From Raillietiella orientalis (taxonomy: Eukaryota): a stretch of DNA of 64,000 nt. Positions 36,309 through 47,912 of the stretch are shown here, in pieces. A model generated the notes under the pieces. It made no database searches, was not told the origin of the DNA, and was given only the letters and a program-made list of their open reading frames with translations. The stretch covers positions 1,612,001-1,676,000 of the forward strand of contig JAYWIR010000012.1 in assembly GCA_036172245.1 (NCBI GenBank), in the 5' to 3' direction. The number at the start of each line of letters is the position of its first letter. The first letter of the stretch is position 1. A program made the position numbers and the translations under genes.

Positions 36309-37639
36309 ATGGTCGTGATCGTAAAGAGATGCTACCTATGTGCCAAAGTGGTTGTCCTCCATATGTTGGATTCTCGTTCGCAGCGAAGAGAAACTACCAG
36401 CATGGCAGTCGCCTTCATAAGGACGACTGCAAGGTGGCCTCATCTGCCAGAAGAGGTCATCAGTGAGATCCCCACCATGCACAGCCGCTTCTAGAAAGAA
36501 TGGAACGAATAAAAGCTAAGAACCTTGTCTGTACCCTCCTTATTTATCTATTGTCCCTTCCCTACATTACCCACTTTTTTAGAAGCCGACCTGCGTGCCG
36601 GCGGTCACCTCTACTGAAATTTTTTCGGCATCTCTTTCATTCAGGGGGTGCTGTTCCCCTCTTATCTGTGGTTTATTTCCGAAATAAACGCCCCAAAGTC
36701 ACTGGGTTAAAACTTTTGGTTTGGGCCAAGTGCACTGATCAGAGATGAGCATTTTTGGGCAGACTTTTGTACGGATTCGCACCAAAAATTCACTTTTCAG
36801 AGCGTAACGTGGTGTGCTTTGGAAGTGAGTGGTCGGCTGGCAGGTTCAGGGAACAGCAGGTCACTTTCGACGGTCTCTTACCAGGATCTGGTATTCAAGG
36901 GGTGAGGGCTTATCCTTTATGCCGGAAACTTCGAAACGGAGTGGCAATTTGAAATGCGATGCTCACCTCTTGAGCCGTCTCTTCAGCTGAGCGTAAAGTG
37001 GAATGAACACAGAAGTGGTGCATTCGACTTTCGAACTCTTCTTACGACTGGAAGCTTCCCAGGGTGGAGGAGCACGAGGCACAATCCAAAGCGAAAAATC
37101 AGGCTTCTACTATGTGAGCTCTTCTGCTGTGGGCGCCTGTGTCGGCTAGCTGACTCGAGCAGCTACAGTGACCGGACCGAGTAGAGAAAACTGGCATGAC
37201 GTGGCAGCTGATCTCCGCGGCGATGATCCAAAGCAGTACCCACTCGGGAGCCCCAGGAAATCTGTGCTCCAGCAGCCAGCTCAGCAACATAGCAACGCCG
37301 CGATGCTGGAGCAAGAAATGCGGGCACTTTGGTGCAGACAACTCTCCAAGTGGGAAGGGAATCAGGGGCTCCAATGCACGTAGCTGATGAGTGAAAGTTG
37401 AGGGAGTGAAGCCAGTAATTTGTCACTGATGGGTGGGATGAAACAGATCTCTCCATAAATTGATAAAAGATAAACCTCCCTACAAATTTCCGCGATGTCC
37501 TTAATTAGTGGGGACAGTGGATAGTGTTCCGATGGAAAACCGTGTGGAAGTATGATAGGGATGCAGCCGAGAAGTGTGAAAGTTCAGCCCAACTGAGCAA
37601 CGCCGGAAATCATTGGCGCCAGTGGTACATCGAAGATGT

Positions 37640-38215
37640 TTCTTGTTTTTTTTTATTTTGCGCCAACGGTCGGTCGTCTAGGTTCGCGACCTGTCGCGGG
37701 ACGGTGTCGAGGAAGGAAGAGGATGCTCTTCCTGGTCGCTCCTGAATCGTAGGTACACTGCCGTGAACCGTCTCCCTTGGTCGGTTCGGGAGTGGATAGG
37801 GTGGTCCCCGGTGTCTCAGCGCGCGAGAGCGCTGCTCATTTTCTTCTGCCTGTTTTTCTTCAGGACTTTCAGCTTTCTCCTCCAGGATGTGATACCGCAC
37901 TGTGATACCACACTTTTGCAGGTTCTGATGGTTCCCCTGAAGTGGCACAGCTCGTCCAGGTTTACGAACCACGTGCCGTGCAGGTACACCGTGTGCTGGA
38001 GTCGGAAGTCCTGATGTTCTTGCTCAGCTTCACCTCGGTCCTCTGGGTGATGACGCATCCCAGATGAAGCGCTACGTCGTCCTCCTGGAGGTCATGTGCG
38101 AGCGGCATCTTCCTCTGGTTGCAAAACTGGGGCATGCGCGACTTCATGTGGTCCACGATCTCCTCCTGGAGGCCCTTGCAAAGCTTCTTTTAGTGTAGGT
38201 TGCTGCTAGGGCTCG
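37640..38215 (-). pseudogene. Probable processed pseudogene fragment of an unrecognised protein
   Basis: GC3-rich codons across frameshifted ORFs: KKLCKGLQEEIVDHMKSRMPQFC... / FRLQHTVYLHGTWFVNLDELCHFRGTI / KCGITVRYHILEEK. Downstream AATAAAAAAAAACAAGA at ~37641-37657. Confidence 0.5.
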
Positions 38216-39304
38216 CAACTAAACGACTTTCTAATTGGAATTCCCGTCTCCCCAAAAAGATGGCTGGCATCGATGCTGGGAGCAATGCGTTTAAGCTAAT
38301 GGGGGTAAATTTGCAATGCGGGGGTGTTCAGTAGTGAGGCGGTTACTGCTTTCCGATGTTCCTGAAACTTCCTCAGCTACGAGCTCATTCGATTGCCACT
38401 ACAGTCTTTCGCAAGTTGTAACCTAAGATGGTGCCAGCATTCGAGATGACATGAAGGTGAACGATGCGCTGAGGGATCAAAAGGTCATTTCGACTCCTGA
38501 GCACCCTCAAACGATGTCTGATGAGCGTTCCAGATTTGGACGATTGTGGCACCATCTGCAGGGATTCCTTTCCGATTTCGCGCTTGCCGACGTGCTAGGA
38601 TCCCTCCCTGCATCTGACTCGAGATCTTCTCATCCGACCAGGAAATGGAACGGAGGCAGACGGACAGGAACTCGCTTTCAGGTGGACTCCGCTTGGGGAA
38701 CCAGGAGCGTTCCCTCCGGAAAGAACCGGCATCTGCGGGGAGCGACTGCCGGAAAATAAGATCTCATGATGCTCCGAGTAACCATGCAAGGGGCAGCCGA
38801 GCACAGTGGGAGCAAATTGATGTGTGGCGGCAGCAGCATCCATTAGGTGAATAGCAGAACGAACAGATTCTGCGCTTTCTCGCTGATCCGACGCCAGCGT
38901 GGCCGGGCAATCAACGGCTGATTCGTGCCATAAAGAAAGTGTTGGGCCGCGATGCTGGAGCGAGGAATCCGCATCGCATCGATGGGAACTGGAAGACCGG
39001 ACTCATTAATGTTGTAGAAGTAAAGTTCAGCTGTAGGAGATGTGGTGGTGTTTTCTGGAGCAGATGGTGAAGAATAGATCTTCATATCGATTTCATTCCT
39101 TGACAGGCTTCGTGATCTGAAAATCAGGGAAAAGTTGGCCAAGGAATGATAGCGTGACTTTTATGCTGCAAGTTTTCACATTCAACTTTATTGATGGGAT
39201 CCATGGGGAGAAAAGAAGGGGCTGGTGGCAGTGGTAGAAGATTCACGGTGTTCCTCTGACTCCATAATCTCGTATGACCTCGCATCCGATCATGCAAAAT
39301 TAAT

Positions 39305-39900
39305 ATCTTTTTTTCTTTTTCTTGTTTGTGCGACTACTTGGGAACTCGGCTGGTGTCAGAAAAGTCTCGCTTGGGGGTGGTACAGCTGACTCGCAGGAAT
39401 GCTGACAAGACCCACAAATTCGCATGCTGAGGTGCCAATTCTCGACCAGATTTCCTGAGGATCGAGGAGTCAGCGTGCCAGAGTGTGGTGGCAGGCATCC
39501 CCCAAAGGCTGGTACGCGCTGCAAGCTTCGACCCTGAAGTGAGAGGCTGCAAACCGAAGATTCTCCATGCCGTCGCTCCGGAGCGTTCGCTCAAAACCAC
39601 AATGAACAAATGAGTTGGGAACGCGGTTCCCAAGGCAAAGCAAAAAGAGGTCGAAGAATCGCTGCAGCAGGACCTTGGTGATGTCCTGGCGCTGAAGACA
39701 ACCTCCACATCCCAAAACCTGGAACAGTTCGGGGATTTCCCGGAAACAAAGCGCTGAATGGCACGGAAGCTCCGGTTTGGGAACAGCAACGCGTCCTGTT
39801 TTCACCACACCGGGAACACCGAAGTGACCAAGCACAAAGGAGGGACCACCAGTTCCTCGGGAAAATTAAAAGAGTTTTTCCCATCGATCTGAACGACGCT
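39305..39900 (-). mobile_element. Decayed LINE 3' fragment ending in an A-rich tail
   Basis: LPCHSA and GKSPNCSR zf-RVT-like remnants (~39715-39770). A-rich tract at 39307-39328 on the minus strand. Confidence 0.45.
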
Positions 39901-39920
39901 AAGTGCCCCGAAATGCCCAC

Positions 39921-40425
39921 TTTATGAATCCAGGAAGGCTCTGGAAGAAGGAGAAAACTCTTTGTTTCTTCTCCGGAGGGAACCCTCAGAGAAGCTGCTC
40001 CTTCTTTACTCCACTTAAGAGAACTCCGAAAGGATACTTTCCAATTTCGGGAAGGGTGCTCTCACCGAAGGAAGGAACACACATCTGATACTATGGAGAG
40101 GCAACCCATTCGACATCAACCAGCATCAACCAGCTCGATGGTGCGCGATGGAGGATCCTCCCAGAGGGAGGGAGGGCGGCTCCATTCCAGCCTGAAGGGA
40201 ACCCCGAAGGCTCCTTGATGTCCTGGAAGAATCCCAGAGGGCCTACTTCCAATCCAGGCCAGTCAACGTGGGCATCCCGGTTTGGGGCTTTCACCAGTGC
40301 CTTCGCACCCAATGCCTGCAGGCCAACCAGCGTCATCTTGCGGGGGAACTTGAAACCCACGAAGCACCCATCTCTTTGGCATCGATCCTTCCCCGGGTAG
40401 GATTCGAACCCGTGACCCTCGGTAC
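39921..40425 (-). mobile_element. tRNA-derived SINE, copy 7, inverted 5'/middle segment
   Basis: B-box GGTTCGAATCC (~40400-40410) and conserved body down to CCTTCCTGGATTCATA. The A-box part of the head is missing. Confidence 0.85.
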
Positions 40426-40435
40426 TCTCGAACTT

Positions 40436-40591
40436 GCCTTGAGGTCGTACCCACTCAAGCTAGGGAGGAGATTACCCCTTAACTTGAAGAGTCACGCTCA
40501 CCCTCGGTGATGTGGGAAGCGTTAAAGAGCCTCCTTGTGAGCCCCCCTCAAGAAAGCGAACGGTTCTTCAGCATTTGTCAAACCAAAAAAG
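40436..40591 (+). mobile_element. tRNA-derived SINE, copy 7, forward 3' segment
   Basis: TACCCCTTAACTTGAAGAG...GTTAAAGAGC...GGTTCTTCAGCA...ACCAAAAAAG aligns with 29084-29195. Confidence 0.8.
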
Positions 40592-40749
40592 ACAATGCAG
40601 AGTGGCGGAGTCCACGAGCTCAAACGTCTTTCCGTTGCTCAGAAATTAGGCCTTTCTCGCAAAGGTGCAGAAGAACTCCCAAAACGCAGGTGGGCAAACG
40701 CCGTTGCTTGTCTTAGGGAAGCCGGAGCTGTGCAAGGGATGAGATGGCT

Positions 40750-41200
40750 AGGCGGGATCACCTGTTCTGCAGTACATCTGCCAACGGATGGCTCATGAGG
40801 TCATCACAGGGAATGGAGTTTTCCTGGACGCATTCCCAGGTTCTCAGCCCGAGACTCAACCGCCTCCTGCCTTTAAGCAGCAAATTTCAGAGGGCAGCAG
40901 GAGATCCACGTCTGGGCTTCCAGAAGGGAGGAGAGTTGCCTCAGGGTGAAGCCAAATCCCCGCATCCTGTATGGAAAGCGCTGCAGCAGCGAGAGCAGCT
41001 CTTCGCTGCCGGGGACAGGGATGAAGGATGAGGAGCACAGGCACACACCACGGGGAAGTCCACAACTTGTTACAAAGTGCCAGCATTCGAAACTGCACCA
41101 ACAGTCCGATTTTTTTCCAGTTGTGCGAAGTCCTTGAGGCGGATCCTGGACCTCGCAGGTCCCCAAAGAAACTTTACCCGATAGAAGTCCCCAAGACAAA
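40750..41200 (-). mobile_element. Internal fragment of LINE subfamily A ORF2
   Basis: ORF 40856..41101(-) QFRM...SPW...IWLHPEA...GSPDVDLL matches the end of ORF 56875..57537(+). Confidence 0.75.
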
Positions 41201-43966
41201 AAGCCAGTAGGACATCAGAAGTAGAGATTAAAGCTGCAGTAGGAAAAATTCCTGGAAAAAAAAAGGAAGAAAGAAGCTTTTAAGAGATAGTGGTGGTAAT
41301 GCATCAAGTCTTGAAGAAGTGAAATGTGTTGAACAGCGCCCGTTTGTTGCGGGAAGGCACAGGAAGCAAACAGACTCCAGTCCCTTGAATGCAGATGCTG
41401 AAAGCATGTGGACGGAGATTTTCCGCTATCACAGTCTGTCTCTTTTCCCCTTCCTCCCGATGCATTCTGAGAGGTTTGCGAGCGATGACTCACCCTGAGT
41501 TCCGAACATATACCTCCGTGGGGTTGATCACACCACATCTTTCTTGACGTGATCCCGCTTGCCTGTAGGCAACTCCCCGTTCCCTCCGTGCTTCATTACT
41601 GACCGCGTTTGTGAGATCCCTTGACACTCCGCTATGCCTGCTCCGACGTATTGGACACTCGTTTCCGCATTGCCTCTCCCACTGCCGTTGGCGAATATGC
41701 GTAGGCACAAGCGAAGTTCAGGATCAGCAGTTTCCTTCCTTAGAGCCCCTCTTTTGAGTTCGTTTCCCGTAGTGATCTGGAAGCTGCCAACTCTGATTTT
41801 TCTAGCACGTCCTTTTCGATTTGGGTCGCTGATTTCTTATCCCTTTCCGAATGTAACGCGAACGGGGAACACATGTGACCGTCCGTTCTTCCAAGAGGAA
41901 CGCACTCCTGGTCCGCAGCCATGTGGAAAACGGGTTGCGGAAATTGGAAAACGGGAAGCTGGGAATTTCCACACAAAGACCTTTTCTGGAGAGCTCGCTT
42001 CCTTCCCCCCTGCTGCATCCGTCCTGACCCAACAGTCCCTAAAACACCTTTACCTGAACCTGTCTTCGGCGGGAACAGAACAGCCAGGTTTGCGTGTCAG
42101 GCGATTCACCTTGGAGCAGTGAAACCTTCCCTCGCTGCGACCGTCTTCTGGGAAGAAGCTTGACATTGGCACTGAAATTTAGAAAAGACATGAATGGGGC
42201 GAATTTCCCTTAGGAGAACTCATCTGCAAATTTACTTTCCGTTCTGCCATGCTGATCAATACAGGTTTCTCCCGTATTTTCTTACATCACATAAACCATG
42301 GGAGCATTTTCTGCCATTTCCATCACCTCGTCAGGAGGTTGGAGGTTTTCATTCAGCTTGGAAAGCGCATGAGAAAGGAAGTGCCCTGTTTGGAGTGCAA
42401 CAGAATGCGTGGGAGGAGTAGAGTTCCTTCATTCCCCACTTCATCCATTATATCCTTCCATGGTTGTTCAGGTTGCTCACAGGTAGCATCGCTGGCAGTA
42501 GCCTATTCTGTGTTTCTAGCAGATATCCCGGGATTCCCACGGGAAATACCACCTCCCTTTCAAGAGTTAGGGTCTTCTCGAAGATCGTAAGCCTCTTGCG
42601 GACCTTGTGTGTTTCCGCGTCACTACACGAGACATCCTTCCACGAGGGCACGCGCTGCCAAGGGCAACACCTCCGGAAGCGAATTGCGCCAGTGTCTGCT
42701 TGCCTCTTACAATCTTCGAACGCTGCTGGTTTGCTCTCAAACGCGCAGGTGACCTCGAACATGAAGACTCTCCTCTTCGTAGCACTGGGCCATGTCGAAG
42801 GTTGAAGTCCTCCCTTGGAAACTGGAAATTAATAGGAGGTTTGAGACTAAGGAGTTGGATAATGAGAATTAGTAGGGCTGGAGAGTTGGTCTATCGGAAC
42901 AGGGGAGGAGGGGGGAGAATGGAAAGTGGGGAGGTGCATGAAATGGGATAATCAATATAATTCGAAAGGAAAAATGTCTAACAATTAGAAAGACGAGTAT
43001 TATTTGTGGTAACTAGAAAGAGGAAGGATTATTTATGATATGTGAGAGAAGACGTCGACTGGTTAAATGCCAGCGCCTAGCAGGGATCCTCTGGCGTTCT
43101 GCCGAGCCTTCTCACGAGCCCTCAGTTGCATTTGATGACTGCCTTGTTGATCGTGCAATGGTAGAGCACCCGCTGGAGAAACGCTTCCCAGGCTGGGCAT
43201 CTGCACTCGCCGTGAAGCCTGCCTCAGAATGGAGTGACCCTTGGTGCTTCACTCAATTGAGCCGCATGCGCGAAAGGACAATCAGCGAATCGCACGTAGT
43301 TGCACCTTAGGTGAACGAAGCTGTGATACTCATCAACACAAGACGTGATCGGAACGTCTATCCATGCGGGAATGCCATGCCACCCAGCGCGCGTATCCAG
43401 TAGTGAGTTTCCCCGCCTACGCTCATCGAAATTCGAATCTCCGAGGACGAGCCGTGACTCTGTCATCGAAGGTTCATGTGGGTTTCGGTCTGTCCACTGC
43501 TGAAAACCTTCTGCCGACATGACCAATGTCGGAAGACTTAGTTGTTTTATGCCAGAGATAAAGTCGCCATCTATCGGTGCCATTTGTGATCTTTTCTCTA
43601 CTTCTGCACAAAGGGTGCCCTGGGCAAGATGTTTAACTGACTTATCTGATGATGTTATAAGCAGCTCTCTATAGCAGATTTTTCCACCCTGTCCGATAGG
43701 ATAGGAAGGTAGGAGCCTCCTCTGGAGAGATGAGCTTAGAAGCATTTCAGAAGCTGTTCTGCCTGACATGCGCACTCATTTCGTGATAGCCATCCAATGT
43801 GGGTGTTGAAGAATCCTCACCAACCCTTCTGGACCCCCTCATTACTCACAAATATATTACCCTCAGCATAATATCCTTCATTCAGCATCCCCGAGCCTTT
43901 GGTTACTAACAAGGCACGGGAGGTAGATCTTCCTTCTCGAAGTGAGCTTTTTCTCCACAAAGGGAA

Positions 43967-44056
43967 GTCTCAGTATACCGAGTCTCAGTAGTCCAAGATA
44001 CTGAGTTCTGTCCATGAACTCACTATACTGAGTACTCAGTATACCGATACTGAGCT
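43967..44056. repeat. Cluster of CTCAGTA/TACTGAG motifs including a perfect 20-bp palindrome
   Basis: TATACTGAGTACTCAGTATA at 44024-44043. Six exact motif copies plus one variant, in both orientations, within 90 bp. Confidence 0.85.
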
Positions 44057-44099
44057 CTTGGACCAGCAGCTGGTGTCGGTGGCTTCGCTGAAAATTTAC

Positions 44100-45370
44100 C
44101 CCAGAAAGATGACTTTCCCGAGTACTTGAACTCTTTATTAGTTTCTAGCAATTGTATGGCTTGCTTTCCTATCCGAAATGGGAGTTTCCTAAGCCCCTTG
44201 TAGGAACCACAGCAAAGTGCAAAGTAGCAGATTTGTTCAGGTTGATGGTCATTCCGGCATCTCTTCACAGACTGAGCATCCTAAGATGCTTTCTTACTGT
44301 CTCCGAGTTCACAAGTACAGAGAAGTCGCGTGTTGAGTACAGAGGGTGAGCAGAGGGTGGTTTCTTGAATCGTACATCAAAGATTCGAGAACTTAGAGGC
44401 ATTTTTTGTTGTCTCACTTTTGAATACCCAAGCACTTTTCGTAAGGTCTGAACGTTCGACCGATCTGAAATGCGGGTTTCAGTAGAGAAGTCCTGCTTTA
44501 TCGATCCGAAGCCACCCGCACCAGTTTTATGCAGTGAGGAACTCCGTAAAGAATGCCATCCCAAAGGCATTAGCAAGATCGATGAACGCCACGAAAATGT
44601 CCTCTGCGTGATTCTTGTTTCGTCGTGTCTTGGTTGCATAACAGAGTTCTGCTTCACCACCCCATCAAAAGTTCAGACTTCAATGTCTCTCACCTTTGAG
44701 GGTTCATTGTGCATGGGCCATTTCCAAAGCCTTCCTTTCCAAGAACTTCTTAAAGCACCTCATTTACAGACGCTAGACTCCCACCTGTCGATTCTGGTAC
44801 CGTCAGACAACTCGACCGCAAGGGAAAACGATTATTAAGATATTAGTGCTCATAGATGTTTCCAGAATCAGGTTATTTTGTTTGCCCGAAGACAAATGTG
44901 AAGAGTATTTCCACCCTATGATTCCATCATATCCAAGAAAGCAGTTTCTGTCTTCTATGGAATTCTGGCCACCCCCTGGAGTTTGAAAGGAGCAGGGTCG
45001 ACTTGGAGCATGTCTGCCCGCATTTCTTCCTTGGGCAGGAGTGGGCGCAAGTGTGCCGTAGATTCCAATAAGTTCGCGAAATATCCATCGGCAAGGGGGA
45101 TTGGAAAGCGGCATTGGGTCTCCTTGCAGCCAAGTATGGATCTCAATGCTCTTTTTCAGTTGAGCCAATGCAGCCTTCGGCTGTCCGAACTGTTAGTCGA
45201 GTCGACCATTTCCCGCCGGCGCAGCTGTCGTGGCGGTTTTATTCCGAGAATCTCACGGCTCTTCTCCATAAGCTGGGACAGGTGGCCTCAAGTGCAATTC
45301 AGAAATTCAATCTCCAATCTGATGTCTCCTGAAATGGAATCTTTGATTTCAGAAGACATCAGATTCAGAT
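44100..45370 (-). mobile_element. Very old LINE RT remnant
   Basis: Ordered degenerate motifs YFANL, KVRQQKMPLSSRIF (cf. GVRQGxPLSPxLF) and EFKYSG (cf. FKYLG). Confidence 0.5.
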
Positions 45371-46794
45371 GATTTAAGAGAGAAGTCTTTCTCCCCCCCC
45401 CCTTCTTTCTCGTCAAGACCTTTGCGAGCCGAATTTTTCAAGTATTCGGCTTGCCTATGAGCCCTACTTTCAGCTTTTCGATTTCATGACTATGCATCTA
45501 TCTAGGAGGTGGATGTTGTCAATATATATAGAAGATCGACAACGCTTTATTCATTGTTTCTAATGCCTTCATCCAATCTGTGAAGGGAGACTAGGACATT
45601 TCTTGAACTTTTTTTCCGCCGGTAGACCCGCCTCTAAAACAGTCTACAGAGCTTCACGGAGAGCTGCAGTCGCCCGATGGAGTCATCATTTGACGCAAGG
45701 GCAGGAACGCTCCAAATGTGGATTGCAAACACATCTGAGAATTCCCCCCGTCTGCTGCAGAAGACGCAGCATTCGTGACCACCATAGGCAATGCCCTTCC
45801 CTGGCGATGTTCGAGAAGACCGCTCATCGGATGCCACGGTCTGAGCCGTATGTCGGCATAAAGCCATCTTCCGCTTCAGGTGCTCTGGAATATCCCGAGT
45901 TCTCGTCGAACCTCTCGCCTCACACTTCTGGAAATGCAAGCACTCATTCTCTCTCGGAAGCCGACACCCCTCTTTAGGGAGAAAGGAAAGGAAGCCCCTG
46001 GTACTGGGTCTTTTTTCTTTCGTGTGCTTTTTTCACACGGTGGCCTGCCTCTCCAATTATTTCTTCTACGTTCCAGAACACACTCCGACAGGGCCCCGGT
46101 TCAAGAAATTGTGCCTGACGATTCGAGATTGCTGCGTCATCTTAGTCATTCATTGACCCGCAGATTTCGTCACATACTGTTTGTTTCTTTATATCGAAGA
46201 CTTCACACAATGATTAGGAAAGTGAAAGTACTCTCTCCGAATTAATTGCTATCTCAGAAAGCATTTGGACTCTCCTCAGAGAACTCCATGTGCTTCCTGT
46301 GATAAGGGAATTTCTCAATAAAAGAAAAGGGGAGAGAACAGTTGGCAGCTGAGACCGGAAAGGAGATGAAAATCTCTGGAACCCTGAGGAACAAAAAGTG
46401 GTGCTATTGCATTTCCCAGCATGAGAGAAGGCAATCCCAATTTGAAGAGAGGGCTGCAAGGTGGGCGTCGCTTCCCTTCAACAGCCTTTCCGGGAGTGAG
46501 GCTGAACAAGAGCTGAGCATCTCCAAAAAGACTTGTCATGTGCCTGGCAGCCTTCGATGCCCTCCATGCAACAAGAGAATGCCGACGCGAGTGCTCTTCG
46601 CTGGTGACCTGCACGGAATTTCTCTAACCTACTTGCTTCTTAGCGAGTTGACCACCTTCCCCTGATAATAGGGCAAGGTTACATCAACATTAGGCTTCTG
46701 ACGGTGTTGTTTGATTTTCGGGTAACTCGTTCGAGTACCTCGACATGAGGGATGTGCTCTTCAGGTTGCACAAGGGACAGGATTTGGTGGGAAG

Positions 46795-47912
46795 TTTATC
46801 ACCCGGTCACGCCGGGACGTTTATTAAATAAACAAGTCGGGAACAAAGTTCTCAACCAAGGCAACAAAAAAATCTAGGGGGCGGGATCCACCGGCACACA
46901 GACCGGGAAAACGAAAAGTCCGGAGCAAGGAAGGAATAGGAGCACAACAAAAAAAGAAACAAAAAACAAACCGGGAGGGAAGGGGCACGGATCTTTGGTG
47001 ACGCTCCGTAATCACCAGGATAAAAACTAAAAGCATCAAGAAAGCTACGGAGGGTAAGAAAACTAGGAATTAGAAACATAAAGAAATAAATAAAGGAAGG
47101 GAGGGAGCAAGGCTCACCGGGTTCGCCGTTCCAAACCGTCCGTAAACCGGCGGTGGATGTCGGTGATCTCTTTTGCTTCTTCTGTCAGGTGAGGCTGCCT
47201 GGCAGACGCCCCGATGTAGGTGGTGCCATCCTGATGACCACCCTTTGATGCCCGGTGATTATCTGCATCTGTAGGGCCAAAACGATGGCGCGGATGCAAC
47301 CCATGGTTTCATTGATTGCGCCCACCGAGAGGCCGCTCAGCGCGAAGAACAGCCGCAGCGTCGCTTGCGGTATCCTCCTGGTGCAGAAGTGCTGTTGCCA
47401 GCCTCTGCCACAGTTCATGGAGGGCACCGCAGTCCAAAAACAGGTGCAGCGGGATCGACTCCGTCGCCCCACACCTGCCACAGTTCGTGGACGCAACCCC
47501 TCCGGGAACACGATGCCGTCGCTCGTTTCACTGGAATGCCCAGTGAATGAAGAGCAGTACGGCCTGTTTTCAAAAGAGGAGGGACAGCGAACCGTCCACA
47601 CAATGGGGAGGGACCAGCTCGAGGGCAACACTAAGAAGTTCTCCCCATCGAAGGAGCCTCTTTGCCATAGCACGAGGAGTGGCAGAATCCTCCAGCTCTC
47701 TCCTCTTCCAGCCGCCGGGGAGTTTTCTTCTTCCCGCGATGGTGCAGGAAACCCTCCACCTCGCCGGTAGGCTGCTGTCGTCACTTGCCCTGAGGACAAA
47801 CAGAGCTGAGGAGAATGGTATGGCTGCCAGTGTGGAAAACTTCACCGCGTCCTGCATCACCTCTTCCAGCGGTCGTGGTAGTAGATGTCTTAGGGAAAGG
47901 TGGGAAAGGAAG
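46795..47912 (-). mobile_element. 5'-truncated LINE subfamily A with short TSD
   Basis: SLPARWRVS...RLLRWGELL and A-type C-terminus. Terminus AATAAACGTCCCGGCGTGACCGGGTGATAAA. TTTGGTGGGAAGTT at 46783-46796 and 47913-47926. Confidence 0.8.

Larger units (their letters stand above)
33900..36712 (+). mobile_element. LINE subfamily A split into three pieces by two antisense B insertions
   Basis: Pieces 33900-34483, 34929-35277 and 36309-36712 follow each other in A order (cf. 8791-9500 and 14560-15010). Ends AATAAACGCCCCAAAGTCACTGGGTTAAAA. Confidence 0.8.

Noticed and set aside
43967..44056. CRISPR-like array
   Set aside because: Motifs are 7-10 bp, irregularly spaced and in mixed orientation. 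No cas genes, and the context is eukaryotic.
46795..46825. Helitron 3' hairpin interpretation of the terminal stem-loops
   Set aside because: No CTRR terminus, TSDs are present, and the hairpins follow LINE ORF2 and UTR sequence.
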